Below, piece by piece: positions 28,260 to 45,613 of a stretch of DNA of 64,000 nt (position 1 is the stretch's first letter; the number at the start of each line of letters is the position of its first letter). Source of the DNA: the human T2T-CHM13v2.0 reference genome, Homo sapiens. Position numbers and translations under genes: made by a program. The stretch lies in assembly GCF_009914755.1 (NCBI RefSeq), contig NC_060947.1; one strand, given 5' to 3'. The notes beneath the pieces were generated by a model. The model searched no databases. It saw only the letters and a program-made list of their open reading frames with translations, and was not told the DNA's origin.

Positions 28260-30606
28260 GAAAATTACATTTCTATGAATTCTGGAAATTAATGGAAGGC
28301 TTGGAGCAACTCAGGGAGCAGTTATTCAAGTAAAATCGCTGAATCTTTGTAAGAATAGTGAATTTTGTGAAATTTTAACTTGCTCTAGGTCCATCTCCTG
28401 CTCTCCAGTTCTGCAGTAGCCTTGAAAAATAACAGTCTGCATTCCTGGTGCAGCCTGACAGCCACCTTAAGGAGCAGAATGGAAGTGGAGCTCTCACAAA
28501 GTGTCATTCTCAAATAATTGTCATTATGTGACCCATTGGGAGGTTATCTGGAAGATGCAATTTACAAGGCTGTTTGCATTTGACCTGATTTGGAAAGTAC
28601 CCACTACAAAAAGCATTTTCTTGGGGAGGAGGGAGGGTTGGGAATTAGTCAAAGAGTATTACTGACAAGGCTCTGTGACTGCCTGAGGTGGTGGATACAG
28701 CTGGGACAAAGAATAAACAAAAGCTTAACAGGAAAAACTGGAAAAGAAGATATCCACAGGGGCTTTGGAAATCTTAGACATATTCATGGAAATACAGAAG
28801 GTCATGTACACATGTAGGGCTGTGCTCATCCTCGGGAAAGACCTGAGAAGGCACAAAGGTCTTACTTATGGTTGACCTTGAGACCCTGCACAAGTAAGAA
28901 ATGATGGCTAAGGCAGAGTTGTCAACTGCCTAACTGTTGAAAAGATGCCCCAATATACACACAGAGCCCCTCAGCAAACATTGGAAAATTTGTTCATTCC
29001 AAGCATTTAAGGAAAATCTCTGTCCAATCATTCACTGACCACTAAGCTAACCAGACTTCAGTGGCCACACACAGACATTACAGAGTTCACTCAGAAAACT
29101 CACTAAATAAATACAATTAAAACAAATAGTAACAGCAGCAACAAACACTGGGGAAGGGAAAGAATCTGATTTCCAGAGTTACCACATTATATTATTTAAA
29201 ACGCCCAATTTTTAACCAAAAAACCCACAAAAGACACGCAAAGAAACAAGAAATTATAGCCCATACACAGAAGGGAAAAGTAATCAATAGAAACTGTTCC
29301 TGAGTATGCACAGACATTAGACATACTGGACAAAGACTCTGAATCAGCTATTTTAAATATATTCAAAGAGCTAAAGAAAAGCACATCTAAAGAACTAAAG
29401 GTAAGTATCAGAATAATGTTTCACCATGTCAAAAATATAAAGCAATATAATTTTTTTAAAGAAAAACTAAATAGAAATTCTGGAGCTTAAAAGTGAAATA
29501 ACTAGAATTTTAAAATTCTCTAGAGGGGCTCAAGAGCATATTTGAGCAGGCAGAATAAAGAATCAGCGAATTTGAAGATACATCAATTGAGATCATTTGG
29601 TTGGGGAAAGGAAAGAAAAAAGCATGAAGAAAAACAGCTTCAGAGACCTGTAGAATATCATCAAGCATACCAACAAAAACATAATTGTTGTCCCAGAAGA
29701 AGAGAGAGAAAAGCATGCAGAAAGAATATCTGAAGAAATAATGGCCAAAAACTTCCCAAATTTGATTTTTTGAAAAAATCAATCTACACATCCAAGAAAC
29801 TCAACAGATTCTTGGGAAAAACTCAAAGATATCCACACCTAGACACATCATAATGAAACCTTTGAAAAACAAAGACAAACAGAAAACCTTGAAAGCAGCA
29901 AGAAAGAACTGATCCATGCACCAGGAATCCTCAATAAAATTAACAGCTGATTTCTTATCAGAAACCATGAAGGCCAGAAGATGGTGGATTAATATGTTCA
30001 AATTGCTGAGAATACCTGTCAAACAAAGAGTCTATATCTATCAAAACTATGCCTCTAATGAAGGGGAAATGTAGAGTAACTGCTTTATGGATACAAGATT
30101 CCATTTTGGGGTGATGAAAATGTTTTGGGAGTAGATAGAGGTGGTGGTTGAACAACATTGTGAATGAACTAAATGTCACTGAATTGTTCACTTTAAAATG
30201 GGTTCTATTGTATATGAATTTCACCTAGGTAAAAAGATGAAGGGGAAATCAAGACATTCCCAGATAAACAAAAACTGAGAGAATTTGTTACTAGCTGACT
30301 TGTGCTACAAGAAAAATTAAAGGAAGTCCTTCAGGCTGAAATATAAGGATATTAGATAGTGACTCTAATTCACATGAAGAAATAAAGAACACAGGTAACA
30401 GTCATTATATAGGTAAATATAAAAGACAATATAAATGTAGTTTTTGCGTGTAACCCCTTTTTTCTTTCTCCTGATTTAAAAACAATTACATACAGCAAAA
30501 CTTATAAATCTGTGTTTATGGACACACGATATATACAGATGTAATTTGTGACAACAACAGCATAAAGGAGAGGGAGTAACCGTGCTATATAGAACCAAAG
30601 ATTTTA

Positions 30607-31075
30607 GGCCGGGCATGGTGGCTCACACCTGTATTCCCAGCACTTTGGGAGGCCAAGGCAGGTGGATTACTTGAGGTCAGGAGCTCGAGAACAGCCTGGC
30701 CAACCTGGTGAAACCTTGTCTCTACCAAAAATACAAAAATTAGCTGGGCGTGGTGACACACACCTGTTGTCCCAGCTACTCAGGAGGCTGAGGCAGGAGA
30801 ATTGCTTGAACCTGGGAGTCAGTGGTTGCAGTGAGCCGAGATCACGCCACTGCACTCCAGCCTAGGCAACAGAGTGAGACTCCATCTCAAAGAAAAAAAA
30901 ATTAGCTGGGCATGGTGGTGCATACCTGTAACCCCAGCTACTCGGGAGGTTGAAGAGGGAGGATCCCTTGAACCCGGGAGGCGGAGGTTGCAGTGACCGA
31001 GATCATGCCATTGCACTCCAGCCTGGGCAACAAGAGCAAAACTCCATCCCAAAAAAAAAAAAAAAAAAAAAAAAG
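30607..31075 (+). mobile_element. Three-monomer Alu (full Alu plus an extra right monomer)
   Basis: Second ttagctgggc...right arm begins at 30901; single flanking TSD aaccaaag(a/t)tttta. Confidence 0.92.
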
Positions 31076-31243
31076 AACAACCAAAGTTTTTATATTTATT
31101 TAAATTTACTTGGTATTAACCTGAACTAAATTGTCATAAGCTGAGAACTTAATTGTAGTGCTGACAGCAAGCATTAAAAAATAACACAAAAATATATAGT
31201 TAAAAATGATGACAAGAAAATTAAAATGGCACAGTAGAAACTA

Positions 31244-31597
<354 letters not shown>

Positions 31598-31710
31598 TAG
31601 TGGAACAAGAAAAAACATAAAACATATAGAAAACAAATTAAAAATGGCAGATGGAAACCCTACTTTATCAGTAATTACATTAAATGGGAATTTATTAAAG
31701 TCTCCAATTA

Positions 31711-32095
31711 ATCTCACTTACATGTGGAATCTGAAAAGGTTGAACTCACAGATGCAAAATCAAATGACAGTTATGAGAGCCTGGGGTGGGGGAGTGGGGA
31801 AAAGGGAGATGTCTGTCAAAGTGTATAAAGATTCAGTTAGATAGGAGAAAGAACTTTTTGAGATCTATCGCACAGCATGGTGTCTACAGTTAATAATTAA
31901 GTATTGTATTTTTCAAAATTGCTTTAAGAATAGATTTTAAATGTTCTTACCAGAAAAAAAAAAGTACATAAGTAGATGAGGTGATAGATATGTTAACTGG
32001 CTTCATTTAGTCATTCCACAATGTATACATATATTGAAACATTATGTTGTATTCCATAAATATATACAACATTTGTCAATTAAAAATATAAATAA
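31711..32095 (+). mobile_element. L1MA-like 3' end inserted in L1 ORF2 start
   Basis: atctcacttacatgtggaatct...attccataaatatatacaac...taaaaatataaataaa. Confidence 0.8.
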
Positions 32096-33502
32096 AGTAA
32101 CTGAATTAAATTGGATAGGGAAACAACAACAATAAAAACCCATGTCCAACTAAAATGCCAAAATGATCCAGCTATCTGCTGTCAACAAGAGACACATTTT
32201 AGATTCAAAGACACAAATAGATTGAAAATAAAAGGTTGGAAGAAAACATACAGATATACCATGAAAACAGTAACCAAAAGGAGAGCTAAAGTGGCTATAC
32301 TAATATCAGACCAAAACGTTATTAGAGACAAAAAAATTTTATAACGGTAAAGGGTTATTCCATCAAAAAGATATAACAATTATAAGCATATATGAATTTG
32401 ATAACAGAGCCCCAAAATACATGAAGAAAAGTTGGCAGAATTGAAGAAAGAAATAGACAATTCAACAGTAATAGTTGGAGACTTCAACACTTCACTTTCA
32501 ATAATGCATAGTATAACTAGACAAAGGTCAGCAAGGAAACAGAAGACTTGCACAACACTATAAACCAAATAGTCCTAGCAAACATCTATAGAACATTTCT
32601 TCCAACAAGAGCAGAACACACATTCTCAAGTGAACATCAAGCATTCTCCATGGCAGACCAAAAGTCAGGACACAAAACAATTTTAAATAAATTTTAAAGA
32701 ATTAAAATGACACATGAGATGTTTTCTAACCATGGTAGAATGAAATTAGAAATCAATAACAGAAGGGAATTTAATAAATTCACAAACATGGAAATTAAAA
32801 GCAAAAAGAAAAAAATAATATACTATGCAAATACTAATCAAAAGAAAGCTGGGCTAGCTATATTAAAATCAGACAAAGTAGACTACAGAGCAAAAAGAAT
32901 TATCAGGGATAGAGAAGGACATTACATAATGATAAAAGAGTCAATCCACAAAGAAAGTAAAACAATCCTAAATGTGTATGCACCTAATGACAGAGCTTCA
33001 AAATTCATACAGACTTTACATAGTAAAGATGTAATCTTCCCAAATTTATCTACATTAACACAACTGATCTAATTAACACAATTCCTATCAAAATCCCTGC
33101 AAGATAATTTGCATATACAGACAAACTGATCCTAAAATTCCTGTGGAAATCCAAAATACCCAGAATAACCAAAACAATTTTGAAAAAGAAGAATAAAATT
33201 GGGGGAATCCTATTGCACAATTTTAAGTCCTATTGGAAAGCTCCAGTACTGTAAAGATTAGACAGCATGGTGTTGCTAAAGGGATAGATATATACATTCC
33301 CGGAATACAACCGAGAGTCCAGAAATATACCCACACAAATAGGGGAAAATGAGTTTAATAAAGGCTTGAAGGCAATTCAGTGGAGCAAAGATTCAACAAC
33401 AGTGTTGAAAAATTACTTGTGAAAAAATAATAAATCTCTCCCTAAAATCAAACCTTTTCCAGAAATTAATTCAAACATAAAATGTAAAACTACAATTTTG
33501 GG

Positions 33503-33811
<309 letters not shown>

Positions 33812-34553
33812 CATACAATTTTTGAAAGAAAACATAGGAGATGTTTTTTGACCTGGGGTTAGGCAAAGAGTGATTTTACATGACACCAAGAACACAATCC
33901 ATAACAACACTTATAATTTGGAAGACTTCATCACAATTAAAAACTTTTGCTCTGAGAAAGACATTTATAGGACAATGAAAAGATAAGCTACAGACTGGAA
34001 GAAAATATTTGCAAATCATACATTCCACAAAGGACTTATACCCATAATATATAAAGAACTATCATGTGATGGATCTCCAAAGGCATACTGAGTGAAAAAA
34101 AAAGCCAATCTCAAAAGATTACTGTATAATTCCATTTATACAATGTTCTCAAAGTTAAAAAAGATTATAGTGATACAGAATAGACCAGTGGTTACTAGGG
34201 ATTAGGTTTGAGGGAAGAGTGTGACTGTTAAGGGGTAACATGAGGGAGTTTATTTGTGGTGATGAAACAGTTCTATATCCTGATTATCATGATGTGTACT
34301 TGAATCTACACATTTAGTAAGATTTAACAAAATACATTTTTAAAGTGTATGTAAAATCTAGGTCTGTACCTGACTTAGTAGTATTGTGCCAATGTCAATT
34401 TCCTGGTTTTAACAATATATATGGTTTTGTGAGATATTATCACTGGGGGAAGCTAGGCAAAGGACACTTGAGAATTCTCGGCACTATTTTTGCATTTCTT
34501 GTGAGTCACAGACTATTTCAAAATAAAAACTTATATTTAAAAACTCAACTGTA

Positions 34554-34840
<287 letters not shown>

Positions 34841-35105
34841 ACCTCAACTGTAAAAAAATAAACAATCCAATTTAAAAATGGGCAAAAGATTTGAACAGAC
34901 ACTTTGCCAAAGAGGGTATGTAGATGGCCAACACCCTTGAGAAGATGTTCAACATCACTAGCCATTAGGGGAGTACAAATTAAAACATCTATTAACTCAT
35001 TTAATTTTCAGAATAATCTTATGAAGTAAATACCACCATTTCCCCCCCTTTTACACACAAGTGATATACACTGAGGTTAAGCGATTTATCTAAAATGACA
35101 GAGCT

Positions 35106-35461
<356 letters not shown>

Positions 35462-36559
35462 CTAACACCAATCTCTGCTGTTAACCATGAAACTACACTG
35501 TGCTCTATTCTATGGCTACTAGATCTTTAGGAGACACTCTACCCATGAATGAACCTACCTGAGGTACTTATTAACTGATATTTTATGGAGAAATCCCTTA
35601 CAATTCAGGAAGATAAATTCACACACCCAGTTAGTCAGAAAGAGACAAAAAGAGAAAGGGAAAGATCTACCTGTCATAATTTATAACACACTTTCCTGTA
35701 CTGTACTGATTAACACAGGTGGCTGGTCTCTCTCCACTCATTTCTTTGTTCCCCTTGCATAAATCCGTATGATACTTGCCATAAAAATATAGGCAAAAGT
35801 GAGCTTTTATCATTCATAAAATTGCCAAAGGAAGTTTGAGTTTCTTACAGTAGCTAAAGAAGGAGGAATTTTTGAACTTGTTTGCTGGTATTAAAATTAA
35901 TTTCTAAAGGCATACAGGACAATGGTTCTAAAAAGATTATTAATTTATGCGGCCTTGATTTGTGTTTGTTCCTACCACATTGCCTTTGCCTGCATTCAGA
36001 ATAGTTAATGAAAACTCACACACTCCAAAGTGCTGAGCAAAGACAAAAGGAAAATAATACAAAATCTCTCCTTGGGGAAAAGAAAGAATAGATGTTACAG
36101 AAGACCATGTTTAATTATTGTTTCAAAAATAAAATTGGCCAGAAAAATTAATTGGGTGGTGCCGTTTAAATTGTACCATCTCTGCAAGGTCTAATTTTAC
36201 TTTTAGAAGAAACAGAGCCAGATATGTTTTTTCAGGAGGGAAATGGATACTGCAGGTTTTTATAGTTAGGATGTCTTACGATCATCTCTTTTTATGTGTT
36301 CAAAATAAGTCCTAAAATGAAGGTGTGCTTTCATGAAATAGATAGGGAATGAGCTTGATTAGAGGCTAAAGAATGTATAAGGGCATGAACATATATATAA
36401 GGTTCATGGTTAAACAACTCTGGACATGTTCACTGACTATCTCCAAACCCATGTTAACATATGATATAAGGTCCATAATTTGATAATTGAACAGCAGAAG
36501 TGCATCAGTGACAAGGAAGGAGGAGGGAGGGTCTGATTAAAATCGAGAGAAGAGTATAT

Positions 36560-36860
36560 GATACATTGCCTATTCATTCAACAAACAGACGCTGAGCACT
36601 TGTTAAGCGCCAGGCACTGCACTAAGTGGAAAAGATACAGACAGGGCCACAACCCAGCCACCAACTGCTACTAGGAGTCTGCAGTCTAGTATGGGAGGGA
36701 GATCCCAGAGCATCTGGGGGAAATTCAAGTGGCCCCATGTGACTGGAGTTTGTAACGCATATAACAAAGGATGAGGGAATATTAAAACAGAAGCTAGAGG
36801 AATATGCACTGACCGCCTATTAAAAGGCTTTGTATGCCATGCCAAGGAGTTTTATATTTT
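36560..36860 (-). mobile_element. L2 LINE 3' fragment
   Basis: cattcaacaaac...ctgagcact...ccaggcactg...aggctttgtatgccatgccaaggagttt. Confidence 0.65.
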
Positions 36861-37280
36861 TTGTTTAAACACAAATAATCCATGTTTACTATAGAAAAAT
36901 TTTAAAGTACAGAGAAGCAAAATGCAAAGAAATGCAATCACCTTTAATTTTACCACCTAAAGCTGTACACTCTCTGTGTGTGTCTATGTCTGTCTGTGTG
37001 TCTGTCTCTGGGTGTGTGTGTCTTTGTGTCTCTATGTCTCACTCTCTCAATAAATGATAGGTGGATAGAAAAAAATAGATATCAAAAGAAATTCATGTAT
37101 ACTCACACACAGTTTTTTCCACTTAAATATATATCATGGATATTTATTCATGTCATTAAATCTTCTCAACATCTTTTCAACAGCTGCATAGTATTCCATC
37201 ATATTGCTGTTTCATAATTTAACCAGTCTTTTCTTGATTGTTGTTTTCTATTTTTTGCAATATGGTAGGAGTAATTTTTG
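36860..37280 (-). mobile_element. Old L1ME-like fragment containing (TG/TC)n low complexity
   Basis: ttttttccactta...gctgcatagtattccat...aatttaaccagtc. Confidence 0.55.
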
Positions 37281-39972
37281 AAATGTAATTGTATTTGCAT
37301 TCAAATTGTATTTGTGGCAGCTGTTGTCCAAAACATGGCAGATGCAGACTGCACAAGGGTGGAAATGGTAAAAAAGAGAAGGAAGAAGAGGAGATCACTG
37401 AGAAATGAATAAGAGAGTAGTCAGATAGTACATGGAGAAAAAAGCAGATTCACGTAAGGTGCTCCCTAGTAGAGAGAGAGTACTAAGAGGGAGGAAAGTG
37501 TCTGTCCAGGCTGTGGACCCTGGTAAGTTATTCATTTAACAAAATTTTATCGAACACCTACTCAAAGTGTATGGATAAACCTAGACCCTGGGTCCTAGAG
37601 TTACCTGACCAAGATTTCCAACATGATTCCTATGCAAGCTATAGTCAGGCAATGGTCCCCTTGAGGCATCTGACCCTTGAGAAAGAAAGAATAAAGTGGG
37701 CATGATAGCTAGATGATCAACCACATTCTCCAAGTTCTATTTCCATATTTTAAATAATCAGAAAGCCACATATCAGGACTGTATTATTTCAGCCTCCAAA
37801 GAAATGTCTAAACTGAATTATGATTTAATATTACACACTCAACCCTTATGTAGAAGGTCAATACAGGAATTTTCCATTTTAACAGGGTTATTGTTCCTTT
37901 GCAAAACTATAGTTGAAGGTGTCTACTACTACCTATTATCTTTCACATGAGAGACCATATAATAAATATCAGGATAAAATTTGTCTGGGGGAAAAGAATA
38001 CATATTTTTCTGCTGCAACAATAAAAACATGCAAGCCAATATATTTTCCTGTTTACTTTTGCTGCTAGGAAACAGACTTGGATTGACTTATCTAGATACT
38101 TCATGGCATCCACGCTTTTTGGTTCCTTAGTTGGTATCCTTGATTTTTAAAATGTAAAGGCCCTATATTTTACAGTGTTTAATTTTGTACAGTACCTCTG
38201 ATCCTTTTGAATGTGTAAGGAATGAAAGAATCTTAAATAAATTTGGTCACTTAAATAAAGAGCTTAAATAAATAAAAGCTGTTTTGTAACAATTGGCCCA
38301 CATGCTACTAAAAATTGGCTTGATGGTTGTCAGTATCTGCGTTGGGAGCTGTGAGATTTGATATTCATAGCTGATAGTTTTGATTTTGGTATAATTAAAT
38401 AGTCTCCATATGAGTAGTGCCTTGAAATGTGCCATTCTAATTTGTTTTCACAGCAGACAAATGTACACAGACAGTGCCAATAATATAGCATCTCATGATG
38501 TCTGAACTTCTAAAATAATCTATAACCCCCATATTCAATGAAGAGAACCATGAGCCATCCTTTTTCTGCACAGAAAGCAATAAACAATGGAATGAACTAA
38601 TCCCAAAATTGCATAAAAACTATCTTCTCTCTTGTCTACCACTGACCTGGAGAGGGATGACTTACAGGGAAAATTACTTAAAACCCTTCACTGGCTCTCT
38701 ACTTCCTTCAGGATACAGTACAATTGCTATAGTAAGATGCGCATGCTATTTTGATAAGTAAAAGGGGCAAATTACAGAACAATATGACTCCAATTTTATT
38801 ACACACACAAAATAGTCTAAAATATGCACTGAAATTGGTAATAAGATTAGAAATTACTTTTAAAATCTGTAATTTCTTATTTTTCTAAAATAAACGTGTT
38901 ACTTCTATTATCAGGAAAAAAAATCATCCTTTCAAAATGTTCAAATATTCACACATTCCAGAATTTAGAGACCACCAGAGGCATGTCAGAGCTAGCAGAA
39001 CACTAAAAGATCATCTGGCTTCTCTCTTCTTTAGGTCTGAGTACACCTAGGCTAGAGAAGTAGTGATATCCACAAAGTCTCACAGCCCATCAGTGGCGGA
39101 GCCTAGTACAGATCCAGAGCTTTGCCCAGTCCAGCTACCTCTCTGAGAGGAACAATGATCCTCTGACAAGAAGTTACAGCAAGGACTTAGCCCTGGGGGC
39201 CAGGCTGGCCTGCAGAGCTCTAAGGTTCCTTGCAACTTTAAGAGTCCATGAAATACAATCTGACAATACAGCCTTTTCTCATGTTGAACTTCCTAGAATC
39301 CGGCAAGAAAACAAAAGGATTTTTAAGGCAAAACTTTGAAGACAGTAATTTTTGGATTTTCATGACAGCACAGCTCTATAATTCAATATTTTTTGTTAAT
39401 TTCAGATTGTACAGCTTGCTGATTTAAAGATAATATTTCTACCTATGTGAAGAAAATGTGGCAGATAAACAGAGATCTTTTGGCTGGCTTCATGGCCCCT
39501 TTGCCCAGAAGCTTATTGAAGGCTATGTCAGGAGACCCATTTTTCTTCAGGGACTGGGAGTTGGCCTGAGCTTCCAAATTCCACATCTTTCCTTCCAACA
39601 GAATGGTCTTTCCCTTCAAAGCTTTGAACCGCTGAACTGGAGCTACATAAAGCTTCAATCAAGTTAGTTATTTTTTTTAAGTGAGAGATAGGAGTAAACC
39701 AAATTAGCATGTTAACTTTGTAACCATTGGCCCCCAATCTCAAGTCACAAGCCAAATTATGGTGACCAAGTTACATCCTCCCAAATCTCCTGGCTAAACC
39801 AGAGTCAGGTGCAGAGTACGGACTTTCTGTTTCGGGAAGATGAGGACAAAATTCTTCCAGGCAAGAGTAATAGTAATGATGGTGATGACTATGGTGCTTT
39901 GTCCTGTCAGCAGCAACTCCCAAGGATGGACTAGGCCAACAGTTCTTCAGAGGCCATCTTGGCCCTAGTCTG

Positions 39973-40487
39973 TGTTGGGAGACAATTCCCAGTGGATCTC
40001 TTGTGTTTTTGTACAGCTTGTGAGCAGATGCACTGAGTGACTTCGTTCTGGAATAATCTTTTCAAGACTGTTTAGACAGAGACAGTGTCTTACTCTGCGG
40101 GGAAAAAAAGCAGGTTTGCTTACAGCCCTTGAAGATACAGATAACTACATTGCAGTATAATAAATATAATGTCACTCTCTGGAGCAAAGGGCTGGCATGC
40201 TTACTGCCTTTTATAAAAGATTTGAGCCCCCTGAGCTTGGGGTTCTCTTCTGTAATGCAACCCAGTGAGTGAGCAGACATCATGTGGCCCTCTTCACACC
40301 ATCTTGTGGGTACCGGGGCTCAGAGAAAATGCTGAGACTTTGGCTACTGCTACTGCTGTGAGTAATAAACTGTTCTTCATCTCTGATACGAGTCTTGTGT
40401 CTCCTGCCAGCAACAAGAAACTGTCTTAGCTAACTTGCTGGCTTGCAAGTAAGGTAAAAAATCCCAGATGCTTCACAGTTTTTAACA
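39973..40487 (+). mobile_element. LTR40-like ERVL solo LTR
   Basis: tgttgggagacaattc...aataaa...aca; near-TSD gtctg/gtcta. Confidence 0.8.
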
Positions 40488-42469
40488 GTCTATAGTTTCT
40501 GACTGGACTCATATGAAATACATGGGAGGAATTAGAAAGAAAGTAAGGAACCTATAGCCTAAAGGTTAAAGGATTGCTAGTAGCTCAAGATAATCATTCT
40601 TGTATAATAACTGTATATGTTTTTGACAATTATTATTAAGTACTTTAATTGCAACTGGGGCCTCAGGGTCGCACAACCTCCTCATTGCCTGATTTGGAGT
40701 AATAGTGATAAAAGAACAGATTTAGACCTAACCCAACATGTCTTCAAAGGCAGGTTTAGACAGAAGCTAAACTGCCCTGTGAAGGAACTCCTTAGAAGAA
40801 CCAAGAAATCTAGTCACTGATCAGTTCTGTACCTTGCTTTCGTTTAACTCTCAGACCAAATACCAAGAAGCATTTTTGACATTTTGTTCAATTTACATAG
40901 CATCACTGTTAGAAAAATAAAATATTCAGAATAACTAATTCATTGTTGAGGGTTTGTGGTACCTTTTTCATTTTTATTTCCAGCTCATTATAAACCATAC
41001 AATATGCCAACGTATTCTCTTAGTGCAATTATACAAAAGGAATATAATGCACGACTGGAATTCTTTATTCAGCAGTGGCCATGTTCCAAAAACTAACTGC
41101 AAAAGATGTTACTTCCACTCCAAAAAACAAACAGTAATTCTTAAATGTCTACAGAAAACTGAATGGATTTTTAGAATTACTAGATTATTGCTTTACTCTT
41201 TTAAAAAATCAGCAATTACATCTTGCTGGGAAGTTATATTATTCAAAATATGCCATTTTAATAGCCTACTTCTCTCTATCCTAAAAAGTAACCCCATTTT
41301 TCATTTATGAATATTGTTATTTCTGCAATTAAAATCACTTGTAATTTATTTTTTCCTGAAATACTAGACTATGCCAACCAATCCTCATCTCCCTTTTTAA
41401 AGATGAAAGGAGATGAAAGGGATGTTCCCATCTTCACTTCCATGTCTTACAAATAAGTCAAGGTCCCCCACTGTCTTTGCCTCAAAGGGTCCCAAAAGTA
41501 CTTGCGGAAACAGATGTGATGTGAACCTCATACTGGGTACTTGAGTCTTTTTGTTCCCTGAACACATTAACTTGACATTTGGAAATATCGTGTTTGAAAG
41601 TTATTATCACATGTAAATTTCTTAAATATTTCTGACAGAAAAAAAGATCTGCAGGGTATCAATGGAAACAATAGTTTAATTAATTTTTACATTCTGAATA
41701 AGCCTGAATTTCTCCATCCTTTATACATACTCCTGGTTTGGGGCCAAATTTCTTCTTCAAATGTGGATTCAGTAATTTGCTTTATCTGTCAAAGCCACAG
41801 CAACCCTTCTTGCTCCTGGCTTAACTGAAATATTGGTACTACCAAAGTTAAAGCAGTGCTAAAGGCCATAATCACATGGGATTTTCTCCCCCAACATCTA
41901 CCCACTTTCTGCAAAGAAGGCAGTAGAAGTCTTTTTACCAGGTCCTCTTTAACACCCTTAGCGGGAGGTGGCAGAAGCAGCTCCAATGGGCTGATGGGGC
42001 AAGATTATCGACCCAGTGTTAAGGGAGCAGACTTCAACAGGCAGCTGATCCAATTCCCCCACACGGTGGCAAAAGAATGCAGCTTTGCAGGACAAAGTTC
42101 CAGCAGGAGAAGGAAATAGGTGATGAGAATACAGTGCTGACTGGTTGCTCAGAAGGACTTTATCTCTCAGGATCAAGTTTCTTCAGATAAAAGCCCCCTA
42201 CCCCCATCCCATGTCCATATACAAAAACACTACCATCAGCAGCAACACCATCTACTTTTCCTTTCTGGAGACTGCTGGAAGGGCCTTACTGGCAAAAGAA
42301 ACCAGAAAGGAAGCAGGATTTTCAGAACCTCTTAGTGTTTTTCATCTCCTAGCCCCCAAAGCATTTTTGGCTCCCCCTTGTGGGAAGAAGCTGTATTAAA
42401 GCATGCCTTGCAGGAAGACCCAGGACTTTTATCAGGGGGGTCTGGGAATCCTGGGATAATAGACTTATT

Positions 42470-42610
42470 TTAAACAAGTTGGATGTGTTCATTAGCTTGA
42501 TTGTGGTAATCATTTCACAGTGTATACATATATCAAATCACCATGCTGTATACCTTAAATATACACAATTTTTTTGGTCAATTATACCTCAATAAAGTTG
42601 AAGGGAAAAA
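42470..42610 (+). mobile_element. Old L1M 3' terminal fragment
   Basis: attagcttgattgtggtaatcatttcacagtgtatacatatatcaaatca...attatacctcaataaag. Confidence 0.8.
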
Positions 42611-42753
42611 AGTTTAAAGGACTCAAGAGGGCGTTTGGGTGAAAGCAAATGAGTCATCAACACTGATATGGTAGTTCTCAAGCACATGACTGGTATTGGT
42701 CCTTTGTTCTCCCCAGTTATAAAAATCTATATCATTTAAGATATCTCAGAACA

Positions 42754-43175
<422 letters not shown>

Positions 43176-43479
43176 CTAGTTCGAGCTCTATCACAAGCTT
43201 ACTGGGTGATTTTCGGCAAGTCACATATCCCCTAAGTGGTGATAATATCCTTTATAGATACTTCACTGAGCTGTTGAGAGTTTCAACTTAGAGAGGACAC
43301 TAAAGTAACAGCAGAAGCTATAGTGTCTTATATCTCACATATGTAGGTTTATAGGCTATATATATGACCTTTGGAGTTTCCTCTAACTCAGTGACTTTAG
43401 GCAGTATTATATCCTTTAAGAAGGTATACAGCACTTATTAAGGTGATTGAGGCTAGGGGAGGGGGTTTGGAAGGGATTA

Positions 43480-43697
43480 CAAAGAGATTTTGAGTAAGAC
43501 AGGTGTCAATCTCAACCTGAATGCATATCTTATTCACTGTGTGATCTTGGGAGCCTCAGTGGCTTCATCCCTAAAATGGGGTTAAAGATAGTAGTACCTA
43601 TCTCGCGAGGTTGTTGTGATGGTTAAATGAGATAATGCATACAGACCACTTAGCACATCATTTGGTACATAGAAGAAAATTACTATATGTTAACTAT
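43480..43697 (+). mobile_element. MIR SINE
   Basis: ctgtgtgatcttggg..gcctcagt...aaaatgggg...gtacctatctc..gaggttgttgtga.ggttaaatgagataatg. Confidence 0.75.
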
Positions 43698-43763
43698 CAT
43701 CATCATCATCATCATCATCATCTTCATCACCATCATCATCACCATCATCACCATCATCACCAT
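43698..43763. repeat. (CAT/CAC)n microsatellite at MIR tail
   Basis: About 22 trinucleotide units. Confidence 0.95.
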
Positions 43764-44160
43764 GCTCTTTTCCTATCCTTTGACAAAAGTTTTAGTCTAA
43801 GCTTCTCAGAACCAGGGCATTATATAGACAGAGTAGGTCAAAGGAGAAAGCTGAAGTTATGCTGAGGTTGGGACAAGAGGTGATTGTAAAAGGCCACATT
43901 TGAAGAATACCCAATAAAATAATTTTTGAAAAGGTAGAGCTTTGTTTCCATCCTGATAATACCTAGGATTACGAATCCCTTATGGCAGTATTGGGCATTG
44001 AGACTTCAAGTAATAGTTGACAGTGACTCTCAGGCATCTTTTCTGGTTCATAAATAAGTGTTTGAAATGAACCATAAGTATTATATCTATGTGTATGTTT
44101 ACTTTTACCCATTTATTCCTAATGTATTGCCTATATTTTTAAAAAATTCTTCTATCAAAG

Positions 44161-44318
44161 TTTTATTTTTTCTTTTTTGAGAAAGTTCTTGTTCTGTCAC
44201 CTAGCCTGGAGTGCAGTGGCTCACTGCATGCTCAACCTCCCAGGCCCAAGCAATCCTCCCACATCAGCCTCTTGAGTAGCTGGGACCTAATAGCACCACC
44301 ATGCCTGGCTAATCTTTT

Positions 44319-44361
<43 letters not shown>

Positions 44362-44482
44362 GTAGAGATGGGGTCTCCCTATGTTGCCTAGGCTTGGTCT
44401 CGAACTCCTTGGCTCAAGCAATTCTCCTGCCTCAGCCTCCCAAAGTGCTAGGATTACAGGTGTGAGCCACCGTGCCCAGCCC
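44161..44482 (-). mobile_element. Alu SINE (AluJ-like) with expanded T40 central linker
   Basis: Reverse Alu; run of T at 44321-44360 between the monomers. Confidence 0.9.
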
Positions 44483-44776
44483 TAAAGTTGTCTAATAATT
44501 TATTTTTGCCAGTGTGACATTTGCCCACACTGAAAAGCATAAAGATGCCTACAATTAGAGATGTCACGATGCATAAATAGATTCATTCAGTAAACACTCC
44601 AATGTCAACTTCATGTCAGATATCAGAAAGAGGGTACAGGAAGAGTAGGCTTAGAGAGAAAAGTGATCAGTTAGAATTTGAAAATGGTCAATTTGCAATA
44701 TATTTTAGAGATAGATGCTGGAAATAAAAGAAGTTTAGGCAGAAAATACGGATTTGAGACCTCAGCAGTGGGCACC

Positions 44777-45613
<837 letters not shown>

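Noticed and set aside
32111-33072. ORFs with endonuclease-like motifs
   Set aside because: Decayed, frameshifted L1 ORF2 fragments, not a functional CDS.
39400-39760. Overlapping short ORFs on both strands in unique sequence
   Set aside because: No consistent splice sites with an open frame and no recognisable protein.
43635-43865. Poly-histidine ORF
   Set aside because: It is a translation of a (CAT)n microsatellite at a MIR tail.
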